DNA from: a bacterium
GTDB lineage: Bacteria; Myxococcota_A; UBA9160; UBA6930
Assembly: GCA_024228115.1 (NCBI GenBank)
Contig: JAAETT010000177.1
Location: 689-64,688 of the forward strand
Direction of reading: 5' to 3'
Length of the DNA: 64,000 nt
Shown here: positions 12,001 to 24,000 of the stretch, one piece after another
How the letters are laid out: each line of letters starts with the position of its first letter
Position numbering within the stretch: the stretch's first letter is position 1
Notes under the pieces: model-generated
What the model saw: the letters and a program-made list of their open reading frames with translations, nothing else
What the model was told of the DNA's origin: nothing
The model's database searches: none
Translations under genes and position numbers: made by a program

Positions 12001-15000
12001 CCAGGTCGATCAAGTCGTCGATCCCGTCGAACGAGAACGTGGTCTTGGCCTTGAGGGCGTTCTCGTCTCCGAACTGGCCGGAGATGCTCTCCCCGAGAGC
12101 GGGGTCGCGGAACCGGACCACCCCCACACCGGGGTTGGACAGGTCGATCTCGCCCACCGTAACGTCGAAGGTGGTCGAGTTCACGATGTCGACGATCGGG
12201 TAGCCACCGAGCACCCGCACTTCGCCGTTGCCCGTATTCAGCACCCGGCCATCGATCTCGACGAGTCCGCCCGTGCTCCGGATGTCGCCGATCAGCCAGC
12301 TGTTCGCGCCCGCGTCGAAGCCGACCGAGACGCCGTCGACCACGGTCGGGCCGTTCGTCAGGATCTGGCTGCGCAGCCCCGTCGTCAGATCGAGGTCGTA
12401 CCGCTCACGCCCGCTCTCGATGATGCCGTTGAGGTTCAGGTATTCCGCGCGGATGAAGATCTGGCTGGCGCGAATCGCCGTCGCCTCGGACGGCTCCTCG
12501 GCCAGCACGTTCGCGATGGTTTCGGCCGCCGCCGGCGCCGTGACGCCGGGGAGTCCGTCGAGCGCGGACCGCTCGGAGGCCGTGAGGGCCCGGTTCGTAT
12601 GGGAGCCCGCGAGTCCGCCCGGGAAGGCAGCCCGTACCGCATCCTTGACCGAGTCCGCGTAGCTGAGGCCGAACGAGGCATTGAGCTCGGAGTTGGTATC
12701 GGCCCCACCCAGAAGGGTGTTGGCGAAGGTCTGCCACGCGGTCTGTTCTGCCGACGTGCCTTCGGCCACCGCTCCGATCGGGGTGATGTCCGCGAGTTCC
12801 ATCCCGCTGACGATCTGGAACGAGGGCCCGGCCGTCGCCGCGGCCCACGGCTCGAAACCGACGCCATCGATATCGAACTCGGTAACCCCATCCACGATCA
12901 ATCGACCGCCCGCGGTGATCGTCAGGCTGGCCGACGAGATCGTGCCCTCGACGATGATGTCGCCGGTGCCCTGAGACGCGGTCTCGAGCGTCACATCGGC
13001 CGACACCGCATCGATGCCCTGCCCGCCATCCTGCGCGCCCAGGATCGTCAGGTCCGGCCACGTGTAGCGCGTGCCGTTGGCGACGTTGTAGATCGCGACG
13101 TCGAGCGTGTTCTCGATGACGATCTGCGGCACGTCGGTCGCGGTGTTCGGAATCGTGTCGAAGTCCGCTGTCACCGTGGTGTCGTCGAGCGTGACGCCAC
13201 CCGAGGTCTCGTTGCGGATCGAGATCGCGTCGTTGCTCTCGACCGGCAGCGCGTTGAAGAAGAGGCCCCCATTGGTCGGCGGGATGGTCATCCCGGCGAT
13301 CTCCAGGAACGCCGGGGTCTCGTTCGTGACCGTGATACTCGCATCTCCGGGCGCGTCCCAGACACCGGAGCCGACCAGGTCGCCGGTCCGCACCAGCACC
13401 GGCCCGGCCTCGGCCGTCAACGCGCCGATTCGCGCGATCAGTACGTCGACGGTGACGGGAAGGCGGTCGCCGTTGCCCGCGATCGGGGCCCCCAACAGCT
13501 GCTCGACGCCGAGTTCGGTCTCGAGGCGCTCGATCTCTCGCAGATAGAAGTCGCGGAGCTGGATATCGCCCCCCCCGACGGTCGCCAGCCGGGACCTGGC
13601 GTCGTTCAACTCGCCCACCAGCAGGGACGTGTAGTCGCCGCTGGAATTCGACAGGAAGGAGCTGTCGCCGAGCGTGTGCGCGTCGCGCTTGGACGCATCG
13701 AGGGTGAACTGAAGGCGGCCGTCGACCGACTGCACCTCGACCGTGCTCGCCCCGAGAATCGCATCGATCGCTGTCTGCACGTGGGCCACCAGCAAGGCCT
13801 CGGTGGCGAAGCTGCCGGATACGACTTCGATCGTCGAAGAGGTGCCATCGTAGATCAGCTCGAAGATCACGTCCGTCAGCAGTTCGCTACCGCTGACGAC
13901 CGCGTTGAGGGCGCCCTCGGCGACGCCGTCGCTGTAGACCCAGCCCGTGACGCCCAGGCCACCCGCATCGGGCGACGTCGTGTCCCAGCCGGTCAGCTCG
14001 ACCCGCTTGAAGCGCTCGGTGCCGGTCCGCACCGTGCCGTCCATCCGAACGATGCCGACCGTGTCGTTGTCGACGTTGCCCCGGGCGATGCTGGCCGCTC
14101 CGTTGAACTCCCCGCTCAACGAGAAGCCTCCCGCCGTCTGCTCGGCGTTCGCGTACGCGTCGTGCAGCGCCGTCTTGTCCGCCCAGAGGCGAGCGACGCC
14201 GGCGCTCTGCACGAGCGCGTCCGCGGCGACTTCGATGAAGTTCGTCGCGGTCAGCGTGGCGGTCGCATTCAGGTTCTCGCTCGAAATGAGGCTACCGGAG
14301 AAGCCGTCGTGCCGAGCATCGACAGACAGGTCATCCAGGCCGAAGGCTCGATCTGTGCCCGCCAGCAGCGAGACGTCGCCGCGCGCCGACAGCACCGCGC
14401 CCTGCCCCACCACGATCTCGTTGTCGGGCGTCAGCGTCGCAGTGACGGTTCCGTTCACCGGAGTCGCACCGCCATACGTCTCGGTGCTCGACGTGACGTC
14501 GAGCGCGCCGTCGGTCCGTGCCTCGAGGACCAGCTGGCCGGGGCTCACCAACGTCGCGTCCTCCGCGATGTCGATGCGCGCCGTGACGTCGTCGGCCTCG
14601 ACCGAGGTGGTCGTGTCATTGACCGCGACACCGCCGCCGGTGCCCAGCACCACCGAACTCTGGACATCGATCTCGTTCTGGACGTTCAGCGTAAAGACGT
14701 CGTCGTCGCTGACGGCGCCAATCACTTCCAGCACCGCGTCGGCACCCACCTCGATCACGGAGTCGAGTTCCAGCGTCGTCGAGGTATCAACCCCCCCGCC
14801 GGTCAGCGCTCCGCCGCTCGCAGCCCAGAAATTCGCCCGGACTGCACCGACGCCATCCGAAACCGGATCGAGCTGCGGCTGCGTCAACCGATTGGTGGCA
14901 TCGAGATCGATGTTGCGGGCCTCGATCGTCGACCCGTCGCCGATCTTCGTGCGCACGGTCGGCCGGATCGTGTGCTGGATCGTCGCTCCGCCGCCACTCA

Positions 15001-18000
15001 AGAAGCCACCGGCGATCGCGCGCGTCCGCGAGTTGAACTCGGTCTCCTGCGTCGATTCAACGTCGAGCTGGCCGTCACCGCTCCCAGCCGTCGTCCCGGA
15101 GACCAGGTCGATGTCGACGTTGTGGCCGATTTCGGCGCTCGTCACGGTGGTGAAGTCGAACTCGGGCTCCGCGGCGGCGATCCCGCCGAGGATGCCTCCG
15201 GCCGCGATCAGCGCTTCCATCTCGCCGGTGTGGTTGCCGTCTGCGTTGACCGTGACGTTGTCCGCGACGACCGTCACCGCACCGGGCGTTCCCGACGCCA
15301 CGTCCTCTAGATCCGCACCCAGCCGAGCACGGGTGACGGTATCGACTTCGACCGTGCCCAGGACCCGCCCGACGCCCAAGGCGATCCCGATGCCGATCCC
15401 ATCCGGGTTCGCAGACAGGGTGGCCGTGTTCGTGGCATCGACGAGCACATCGCCGTCGATCGTCAGTTCCGGGCCGGGCTCCACCGCCGCGACGACTTCG
15501 CCACGGTCTCGCGCGTCGGCCGAGGTGCCGACCAAGCCCAGCAGGCCGCCGCCGGAGCTCGCAAAGGCGTTGGATTCCGCTGACAGCTCGTTGGCCGCCG
15601 CCGTCTGGGCCCCTTGGACCGTCAGCGAGGATCCGGTGACATCGCCGGACACACCCGCGAAAACCGTCGCATCGAGATTTGCGTCGGAAAGGGATGCGCC
15701 GATCGCGAGACCGACCGCCACCGACGCACCGTACGCTTCGGCCACCGCACGCGGAGACACTGCGGTCGCGAGCACCGAGACGTCCCCGCCGGTGACGTCG
15801 CCGCCCACCAGGCTTGCGGTCACCGTGGGATTGACCGTGGCTCGCGGCCGCGCCGCGTTCAGCGACGCACCGACGCCGCCGGTCGCGGCCCAGGCATCCG
15901 CGTCTCCATGGATGTCGGCTTCGGCCTCGATCACCACGTCGCCGCCGGCCACCAGCGTCGCATCGTCGACGATGGCCTCGGAGCTGCCCCCGGCATCGAC
16001 GAACGCGAACATCGCGCCGACGCCCAGTCCGAGCCCCACGGCACCGCCGTCGGTCTCGGCCTCCGCGCGGGCCGCGGACTGCGACCGCACCGTCACCGAG
16101 CCAGCCGTTGCCGTGATCGTCGGAGAGACGCTCGACGTCGAGGCGTCCCCGATCAGCGCGCTGACGTCGGCGTTGGCCGTGGTCTCGGACCAACCACCCG
16201 CCGCGGCGAGCGCGAGCGCCCCGGAACCACCGATCGCCTCCGCGCGAGTGGCCTCCGTGACGACCGTGCCGTCGACGAGCACGTTATGCAGCGCTTCGAC
16301 CAGGATGTCACCCGTGGAGGTCAGCACGGACGCATCGGCAATGGATGCCCGCACCGTGGGCGTGTTTCGCGACAGCGCCACACTCGCGCCGAGCGCCGCG
16401 GTACCCGCAACCGCGATGCCGACCGAGAAGGCCTCGGGGTCCGCCTCGCTCCGGGCTCGCACCAGCAGGTCACCCGTCGCGTCGATGTCGGCGCCGCTGT
16501 CGATCGTCGCGGTGACCGTCGGCGTGAACTCCGCGACCGCCCCCGCGCCGGTGAGTGCGAACAATCCCGGCCCGCCAGAGCCCATCTGCGCTTCGACCTG
16601 GTCGAAGTCGCCGACCGAGGCGGCCTCGACCGTCACGTCGCGGACGGCGCTGTCCTGACCAAAGTCCGTGTCACCGAAGGTGGCCGTCGTCGACCCGGCG
16701 AGGAAACCGGCGCCGTACGAGACGCCGACCGCACCGAGCAGGCCGAGGTTCGCCCCGACGGCCTGGGCTCGGTCGATCGTCCGATCGGCCTGCGCCCGCA
16801 ACGTCAGATCACCACCGCCGAGGTCCAACGTCGCGCCATCGCCGATCGTCGCGGCCTGGGAACTGCGATCGTTCACGACGGCGATCACCGCGCCACCGGC
16901 CGTGCCGGCCGCCTGCCCCTGGAAGGCCAGGGAGTACAGCGTCGACTCGTACAAGGCCTCGACGACCAGCGCCTCCCCGGCACCGCCGCTCAGCGTGACG
17001 GTCGCACCGGCCCCGACGAAGGCATCGACCGAGTTGCGCAGCGTGCCGATCGCGACACTTCCGCCCGCGGCGATCACACCCACGCCGACCTGGCCGGAGA
17101 TCTGATAGACGTCCGCGACGTCGACGGCTCGCACGTTCAGGCTCGCACCGGAGCTGACCGAGGCGCCCGACCCGACGAAGGCGGTCGTGCCCTGGACCGC
17201 GCCATCGCTGGCCAGGGCGCTCGCCGACGAACCCGACGGCACCTGCAGCAGGCCGTCGCGCAGGCCGTCGGTCAGACTCCCGAGGAAGCTCTCCGTGTCC
17301 GTCGATCCGAGGGCCGCGTAGTCATCGATATTGCCGGCCAGGGTGCTCCCGGCACTCGTGGCCTCGCTGTACTCGGAGGACAGCGCATCGGCCGTCACCA
17401 CGGTTTCTTCCGATGAGTCCGCCGTGTTTCCATCCTCGTCGCGCTGCTCGATCTCGATCGACGAATCGAGTCCGGACCCGATCAACCACACCGAGACGGC
17501 GCCGGTGATCGTCCCGATGCCGGCGCCGAAGCTCACCGCGTAGCTCTCGACCACCTCGTCGGACAACGCCAGCACATCGACGTCGTTGAGAGCCGCCACG
17601 TCGCCGAGAATCGACGCGTTCGTGTCATTGCGGATGAGGCCGACGTCCACGGCTCCGGCGACGGAGACGAGGCCACCCGCACCGCCTCCGGCGGCGCCCA
17701 GGGCCTGAACCTCGTTGGCCGCAACGACGCGGACCTTCTGATCGGAGGCCGCACGGGTCCCGTTGTCCGCCCGCCGGTTGACGCGCGCGTTCGCTTCGAT
17801 GGATGCGGTCGTGTCCGAGTCGATTTCTTCGTAGGTCCAACCGCCCGCGAGCCCGAAGTAGATGCCGCCGTTGGCCGTCGCGCCGATCTGGAACAGCTCC
17901 TCGCTCGAGGTCGCCTGCACCGCGACGCCCGCGAAGTCGGCATCCGTCTGATAGATCGAACCGTCTGCGCCGTGGTTGGTCAGGGTTCTGCCTGCCGTAT

Positions 18001-21000
18001 CGCGCTCACCGGAGAGGACGTTGGTGAGGCCCGTCGACTGGCCGAGTGCATCGACCGTCGCGTAGTCCCCGATGAAGGCCTGTGTGTCCTTCTCGATCTC
18101 GGCGTAGGCCCAGCCGATCCCCAGGCCCCCGTACTTGCCACCCGAAACGCCGCCGCCAAGCGCCCAGTGCTCGGTCGCATCGTCGGCGTGCACGAGCACG
18201 TTGCCACCGGCGAAGACCAGCGCACCGTCCTGGACGGCCTGGCCCTCGAGCGCCGTGGCGTCATCGCCGATGAAGGCCTTCGTCGACGTGGTCAGGAACG
18301 CGAGCGTGCCAGAACCACCGCCGCCGCCGGCTCCGCCCCCCGCGAGGGTGGCACCGACCATCACGTGGTCTTCGATCGCACGGGCCGAGACGACGACATC
18401 CTGCTCGGCGTAAACCTGCGCTCCGTCATCGATGTAGGCCTCGGTCGTCGCGTCGAGCAGGCTCGTGTCGATCGCGATCGCCGCACCCAGGCTCTTCTGC
18501 GCGGTCGCGGCCGCGACCGCGGCACCCAGGCCTTGGCGGAAAAAGTCGTTCCCGGCTGCAACGAGCACGCTCTGCGCGTCCCCCGCAGTCGCCGAGCCAT
18601 CGTCGTCCGGATCCTCGTTGATGATCGCGTCCTCGGCGACCCGGGCCGAGGTCAACGTCGTGAAGTCCGTCACCACGCCACCCACCGCGGCCGCGAAGAG
18701 CCCCTCCTGCGCCGTCGACACGGTCGCCGACATACCCATGACGGCGAGGTCGTCCATGTTGATCGCGGTGACCGCGACACCCTGGATGGCCGTCGTTTCC
18801 ACCGCGGACTGGCGTTTCTGGGTCAGCGACTCCTCATCCGCCTCGCTCGCGTTCGAGGTGTTCTGCGGTGTCAGATCGACATCGTCGAAATCGCCCGGCG
18901 CACCGATGTCGAAGGTGGCGAGGTCGGGGATCTGGTCGCGATCTTCGACATCCACGGCGACATCGGAGGCGAGCTCCGTATCGACGAAGCTGACGTCGAA
19001 TTCGCCCGTCGCGACGGAGACGCCGCTGCGCGTCGCGAGCCCGACGACCTTCGCGTTCTCGCCGACGACGGCTTCGGTCACTTTGCGGAACTGACCCGCG
19101 GTGATCCCAATCCCGATGCCCGAGCCGTTGTCCGAGTAGGCCACGTTGCCGGCGAGGAAGTCCAGTTCGGTGTCGTCGACCGCAGACACGATGACGTTGC
19201 CCTGGGCGACCAGGGAGGCACCGCCAGCAGGTGTCGTCGCTCCGGCGATCAGCGCCTGCGTCTCGATCCCACCTTGGAAGAAGGTCGCATTGCCGAGGAA
19301 ATTCCCCGAGAGGCCCAGCCCCCCTGATGACCCGCCGCCAACGTCGGCCGACGCACCGATGGATACGGCGACTGCGAATAGATCTTCGCGGGAATCGGCC
19401 TGAACTTCGATGTTGTTGTCAGCCTCGAGGTCGGCTCCTGCACCGACGATCGCCTGCGTGACCTTGTCGAGCACGACGCCACCGACGCCAACGACGCCCG
19501 CTGCGCCCTGCTTGCTGCGCGCGACCGAGACGCCACCCACGACGGACGTCATCGTCGTTGCGCTCGCAGCGAGCAAGGTCAGACTCGCGTCCGAGACCAG
19601 CAGGTCACCATCGCTGGCGGCAATCTGGGCGTTCTCACCGACTTCGGCCACCGTGACCTCGGTCAGGATGCTGCCCCCGAGCTGAAGCGAGGCGGCCGAA
19701 TCGCCGAAGGCGCCCGTGAAGGCGATCGGGAACATCTCCTCGAATGAGGTCGCGACGATCGCGACCCCGGTGACGCTGGCGGTCAGCTTGTTGCCATCGC
19801 CGTCCTTCTGTCCGGTGAAGACCGAGCTCGAACCTTGCTCACCCTTCGCGGTGATCTGGGCGAAGTCACCCACGGTCGCGCGGGTGTCATCCACGCGATC
19901 CAACCACGCGACGGCGAAGCCAAGCGCGATGGAGTCGCTATTCGCAAGCGCGGCGTTCCCGTCGATGACGTCGAAGTCGAAGTCGCTGTCGGCGGCGATC
20001 ACGACGTTCCCTTCGGCCGTGACCTTCGCGGCGCCCGCCGCCGAGGTGGCGTCGTCACCGATGTACGACTGTGTGTCGACGTCGATGTCGTAGAGCCCCG
20101 CGGAGCCGACGAACGTGATCTCGTCCCCCGAATATCCGCCCGCGATCGCGAAGCCGGACACGCCGAGTTGCGAGAAGGCCCCGACTCCGACATGCACACC
20201 GGCGTTCACCGTCACGCCATCATCGATGAAGGCCGTGACGTCCTGGTCGACCCGAAGGATGTCGAAGGCGCCCGCCACGGATGCGTTGTCGGACGAGATC
20301 GCCAGCGAACCTGCGATCTTGAGCGACTCGATCTCGCTCTTGCTCTCGACCGACACGCTGCCACCAGCATTCACTGTGGCATTGGAGATCGCCGCGGTCG
20401 CCCCGGAACCCTCAATGGAGTCGTCGAAGCTCTCAGAGAAACGACCACTCGTCTTGCCCGAGATCCCCGAGGTGAAGAGGTCGACGATCGCGCTGAACGC
20501 GGCAGGGCTCGCCTCGCCGAACTCGGTCGCGACGGCTGCGACCGCTTCGTCGCTGGCGTCTGCCGCCGAGAAGGTGTCGTCAAAATCATCGCTCTCCAGC
20601 GCTGCGTCGGTGCCGGTGAAGCTGATGGCGCCGCCGATTCCCCAAGCGGTCGCGGACCCCGCGAAGGCGAGCTGAGCCGAAGCCGTGCTGTCTCCGAGCT
20701 CGACGGCACCTCCGACAGCCACGCTGTCGATCTCCGTCAACGAGAGCGCCGCAACGTCCACGTCGCCCCGGGCCGAAACGTCTCCTTGAAGGATCGCCGT
20801 GACATCGTTCTTCGACGTGCCCACGTCGGCGGCTCCCGCCAAGGTCGACCCTCGCCCGAAAGCCAGGGTGCCCGCGAAGGTGAAGGCCTGGAGGTCGTTC
20901 GCCGCGTAGACCGCAACGCCCTGGTCTGCATGGGCTGCGGTAGCGTTCTCGGAGCCTTGATGGATCGATGCGGAATCGGCGACCCGTGCGACCGTGTCCG

Positions 21001-24000
21001 AGTCGATGAAGTCGTAGGTGACACCGCCGGCCAGCGTCTTGTTGTCTGGGTTGTTCGCACCGAAGGTGGCTGCCCCCGCGAACGACACGACGATCAGCTC
21101 TTCGCTTGACGTCGCCTGCACCGCGAGCCCCCGGAAGGCGTCGCGCGCCGTGAACGGGGTGTCATCTCCGTTTCGCAACGTGCTCGTCTGACCTTGATCG
21201 ACGGATCCGTCGGCCACACCGACGAGCGTGGAGCCCTTCCCCCACGCATCGATCCGGGCGTTCGCTCCGACCAGGGCCTGGGTGTTCTTCTCCACCTGGA
21301 CGATGGAGAGCCCGACCCCTGCGGCCACCTGATCGAAGGTCTGCGGACCGAAACCGACCGCGGTCGCAAGGGCGCCGGAGACGTCGAAGATCTCGGTGTC
21401 TGCGTTCGCCGACACCAGGACGTTTCCGGCTGCGCTGACCACGGCGCCGGACGCGGCATCGGCCGCATCGTCCCCGATGAAGGCTGAAGTCGTGCTGTCG
21501 ATCTGCGCGTACGAAGCTGCGCCTCCGAGAGCGCCGATCTTCTTGATGTCAACGAGAGCCTCCAGGGCTTCCAGGGAACCGGTTTGCGGCGCTTGCGAGC
21601 CGTTCACGGTCACGGCAAGCGCCGCTCCGATCGACAGGACGTCCTCCTGCGCGTTGGCATGGACGACCACGTCCCCCTCGGCCGTGACCGACACGCCGTC
21701 ATCAATGTACGCCTCGGTTTCTGCATCGAAGAGAGTGACCTCGGCCGAGAACGCGCCCGCTGCCTTCTGACTTCCACCGACACCCGCGGCGACACCGAGC
21801 TTGGCGAAGTCGTTTCCGGACGCGACGAGCACCGAGCCGTCGCCGCCGTCGGTCGGCAGACCGCTGAACAGTCGACCGCCGTCTCGCACGGCATTGATCG
21901 CGCCCGCACTGCCCGACAGCGTCCCGGTCGAACTCGTGAAGCCGACGCCGGTGCCCTCGTCCACAGCGAGGATGTCGCCCTCCGAGAATCCGTTTGCGAC
22001 GAGCACATCGTCCAGGACGACCTGCAGCTGCGCGAGCAGTGCGGACAGGTCCGCGTTGTCGACCGTCTCGAGCGGGTCGATCGACACGTCGAGTGCTACC
22101 CCGTCGAGCGTCAGCGTGAAGTCGATCGGCCCCGCGCCGGTCGCGGCGAAGACCTCGGCCCCCTCGTCGACGTGGGCCGACGTGCGCACATCGTGGTAGG
22201 TCGCCGTGCCGGAAAGATCCCCGGCGCCCTTCTGCGCAAACGCCCCCGCCACGCCGACGATGGCCACGTCGTCACGATTGACTGAGGTGACGGCGACGCC
22301 CTTGAGTGCGGCGGTCGTGAAGTCCGACTGGCGTTGCTGCGTCAGGGAATCGTCGACGAGTTCGTCCGAACTCGAGTCGTCGTCCGGTGTCAGATCGACA
22401 CCGGTGAAGGCACCGGGTGTGCCGACGTCGAAGAGCTCGAACGAGTCGTGGGCATCCAGCAGGGTCGCCTCGTCGTCGCCGGACACGGAGGGGTCGGTCA
22501 TCGCTTCGGCGTCGCCGAAGGTGACCGCGACCTCGCCCGTCGGAGCCGCGATGGCATCGCGCTCCGCATCGGCCGTCACCAAGGCGAAGCCGCCGATGAA
22601 GGACTCCGTCGTCTTGAAGAATGCGGCGCCCCCGAGGCCGATGCCGGCCGCATAGCTTCCGCCGTCCGAAGCGAAGGCCCCGCTCAGACTGCCGGCGAAG
22701 ACATCGAGCTCGGTGCGCTGCTCGGCGGCGATCAACACGCTTCCTTCGGCGTGCACCCGCGCACCCTGGGCCGCGCTCTCAGCCGCCTCGACGAAGGCCC
22801 GCGTGGTCAGGTCGCCCCACAGGAACGCCCCGCTGCCCTCGACCGCCAGGGTCCGCTTGTCGTCGTCGCCGCTGTCCGGGAGCCTGATGAGTCCGTAGTC
22901 CTCCTCGAGCTCCAGGTCGAGAACGTCGTCGTCGGGGTTGTCCTGGCCGAAGTTGGCCGCGATTCCGACGGCGGCCACGATGACCGCGATCTGCTCATCG
23001 GAATCGGCACGGACCTCGACGTTTTCGTCCGCACGCACGAAGGCTCCGGCGCCGACCCGCGCCTCGGTCGTCTTGGTCAACGCAGCGCCACCCAGACCGG
23101 CGCCGTAAGACTTCGTATCGCCTTGTGAGAACAGCGACGCGATGTCGACGGCCCCCACCACGGTGGCGAGCCGGGTGTCGTCTGTCGCGAGAACGCTCAC
23201 GCTCCCTCGAGCACCCGTGGCGCCGAGCGCTCGAACCGTCGCACCGCGCGCAATCGTGGCGAAGGTGTCGTCGAGGAGCACGATCCCGCTCAGGGCACCG
23301 TTCTCGGAGATCGCGATGTCGAACAGACCCGCATTCGAACTCGCGACGACCGAGACGCCCACGATCTCGGCCGTGCCGCGGTCGTCGCCGCTCTTCTCAC
23401 CGGTGAGGACCACGCTCGTGCCGGCCGCGGCGGCGGCCGTCACGTCTGCGTTTTCACCGATGAAGGCCGAGACGGCGTCGTTGCGCGAGACGACGACCCC
23501 CGCCACACCGAAACTGGTACCGCCTCCGGACTTGGAGATCGCCACGGCGCCGTCGATGCTCTCGAACTCGAAGTCGCTGTCGGCCGCGATCACCACGTTG
23601 CCGCCCGCATCGACCGTTGCGCCGCCACTCTGCGTGACGCCGGCCAGATCGTCGTAGGAGCCGTCATTGCCGATGTAGGCGTTCGTCGCCTGGTCGACGT
23701 CAAAGACGCTGCCCGAGGCTGCGGCGTTCAAGGTCTTGCCGGAGCCGCTCGAGTAGGTGGCGGCCGCGGCGAGGGTCAAGACCTCGACGCGATTCAGCGC
23801 AACGACATCGACGTCCCCGGTCGCGGAGACCCAAGCACCGTCTTCGATCGCAGCGGTCGCCTCGTGTTCGACGAGCGCCACCGTCCCCGCCAGGCCCGCG
23901 GCCGTACCGCCGGTAAAGCTCAACGCGCCCGCGGCCGACACGCGAACCGAGTCGCCAATGGCGCGCAGCCGAACGTCCTGGTCCTCAGCGGCCCCGGCCG

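Noticed and set aside
9113-15310. Very long plus-strand ORFs across 1-50.3 kb. Examples: 9113..15310 (2,065 aa), 26966..31459 (1,497 aa), 3788..7252 (1,154 aa), 13947..16658, 23864..26443, 1058..3466, 40646..42904, 34901..36991, 47360..49102.
   Set aside because: Their translations are low-complexity and Arg/Asp/Gly/Val/Pro-rich, with no motifs. They overlap one another in different frames and lie antisense to a frame that reads as coherent domains throughout. Long stop-free antisense frames are expected in very GC-rich coding DNA.
15075-16193. Minus-strand ORFs in the two other frames. Examples: 15075..16193, 23985..25151, 35488..36387, 48115..48852, 45549..46247.
   Set aside because: All have end coordinates = 0 or 2 mod 3, so they are out of frame with the giant ORF. 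Their products are extreme Arg/Ser/Pro/Thr strings without recognisable motifs.
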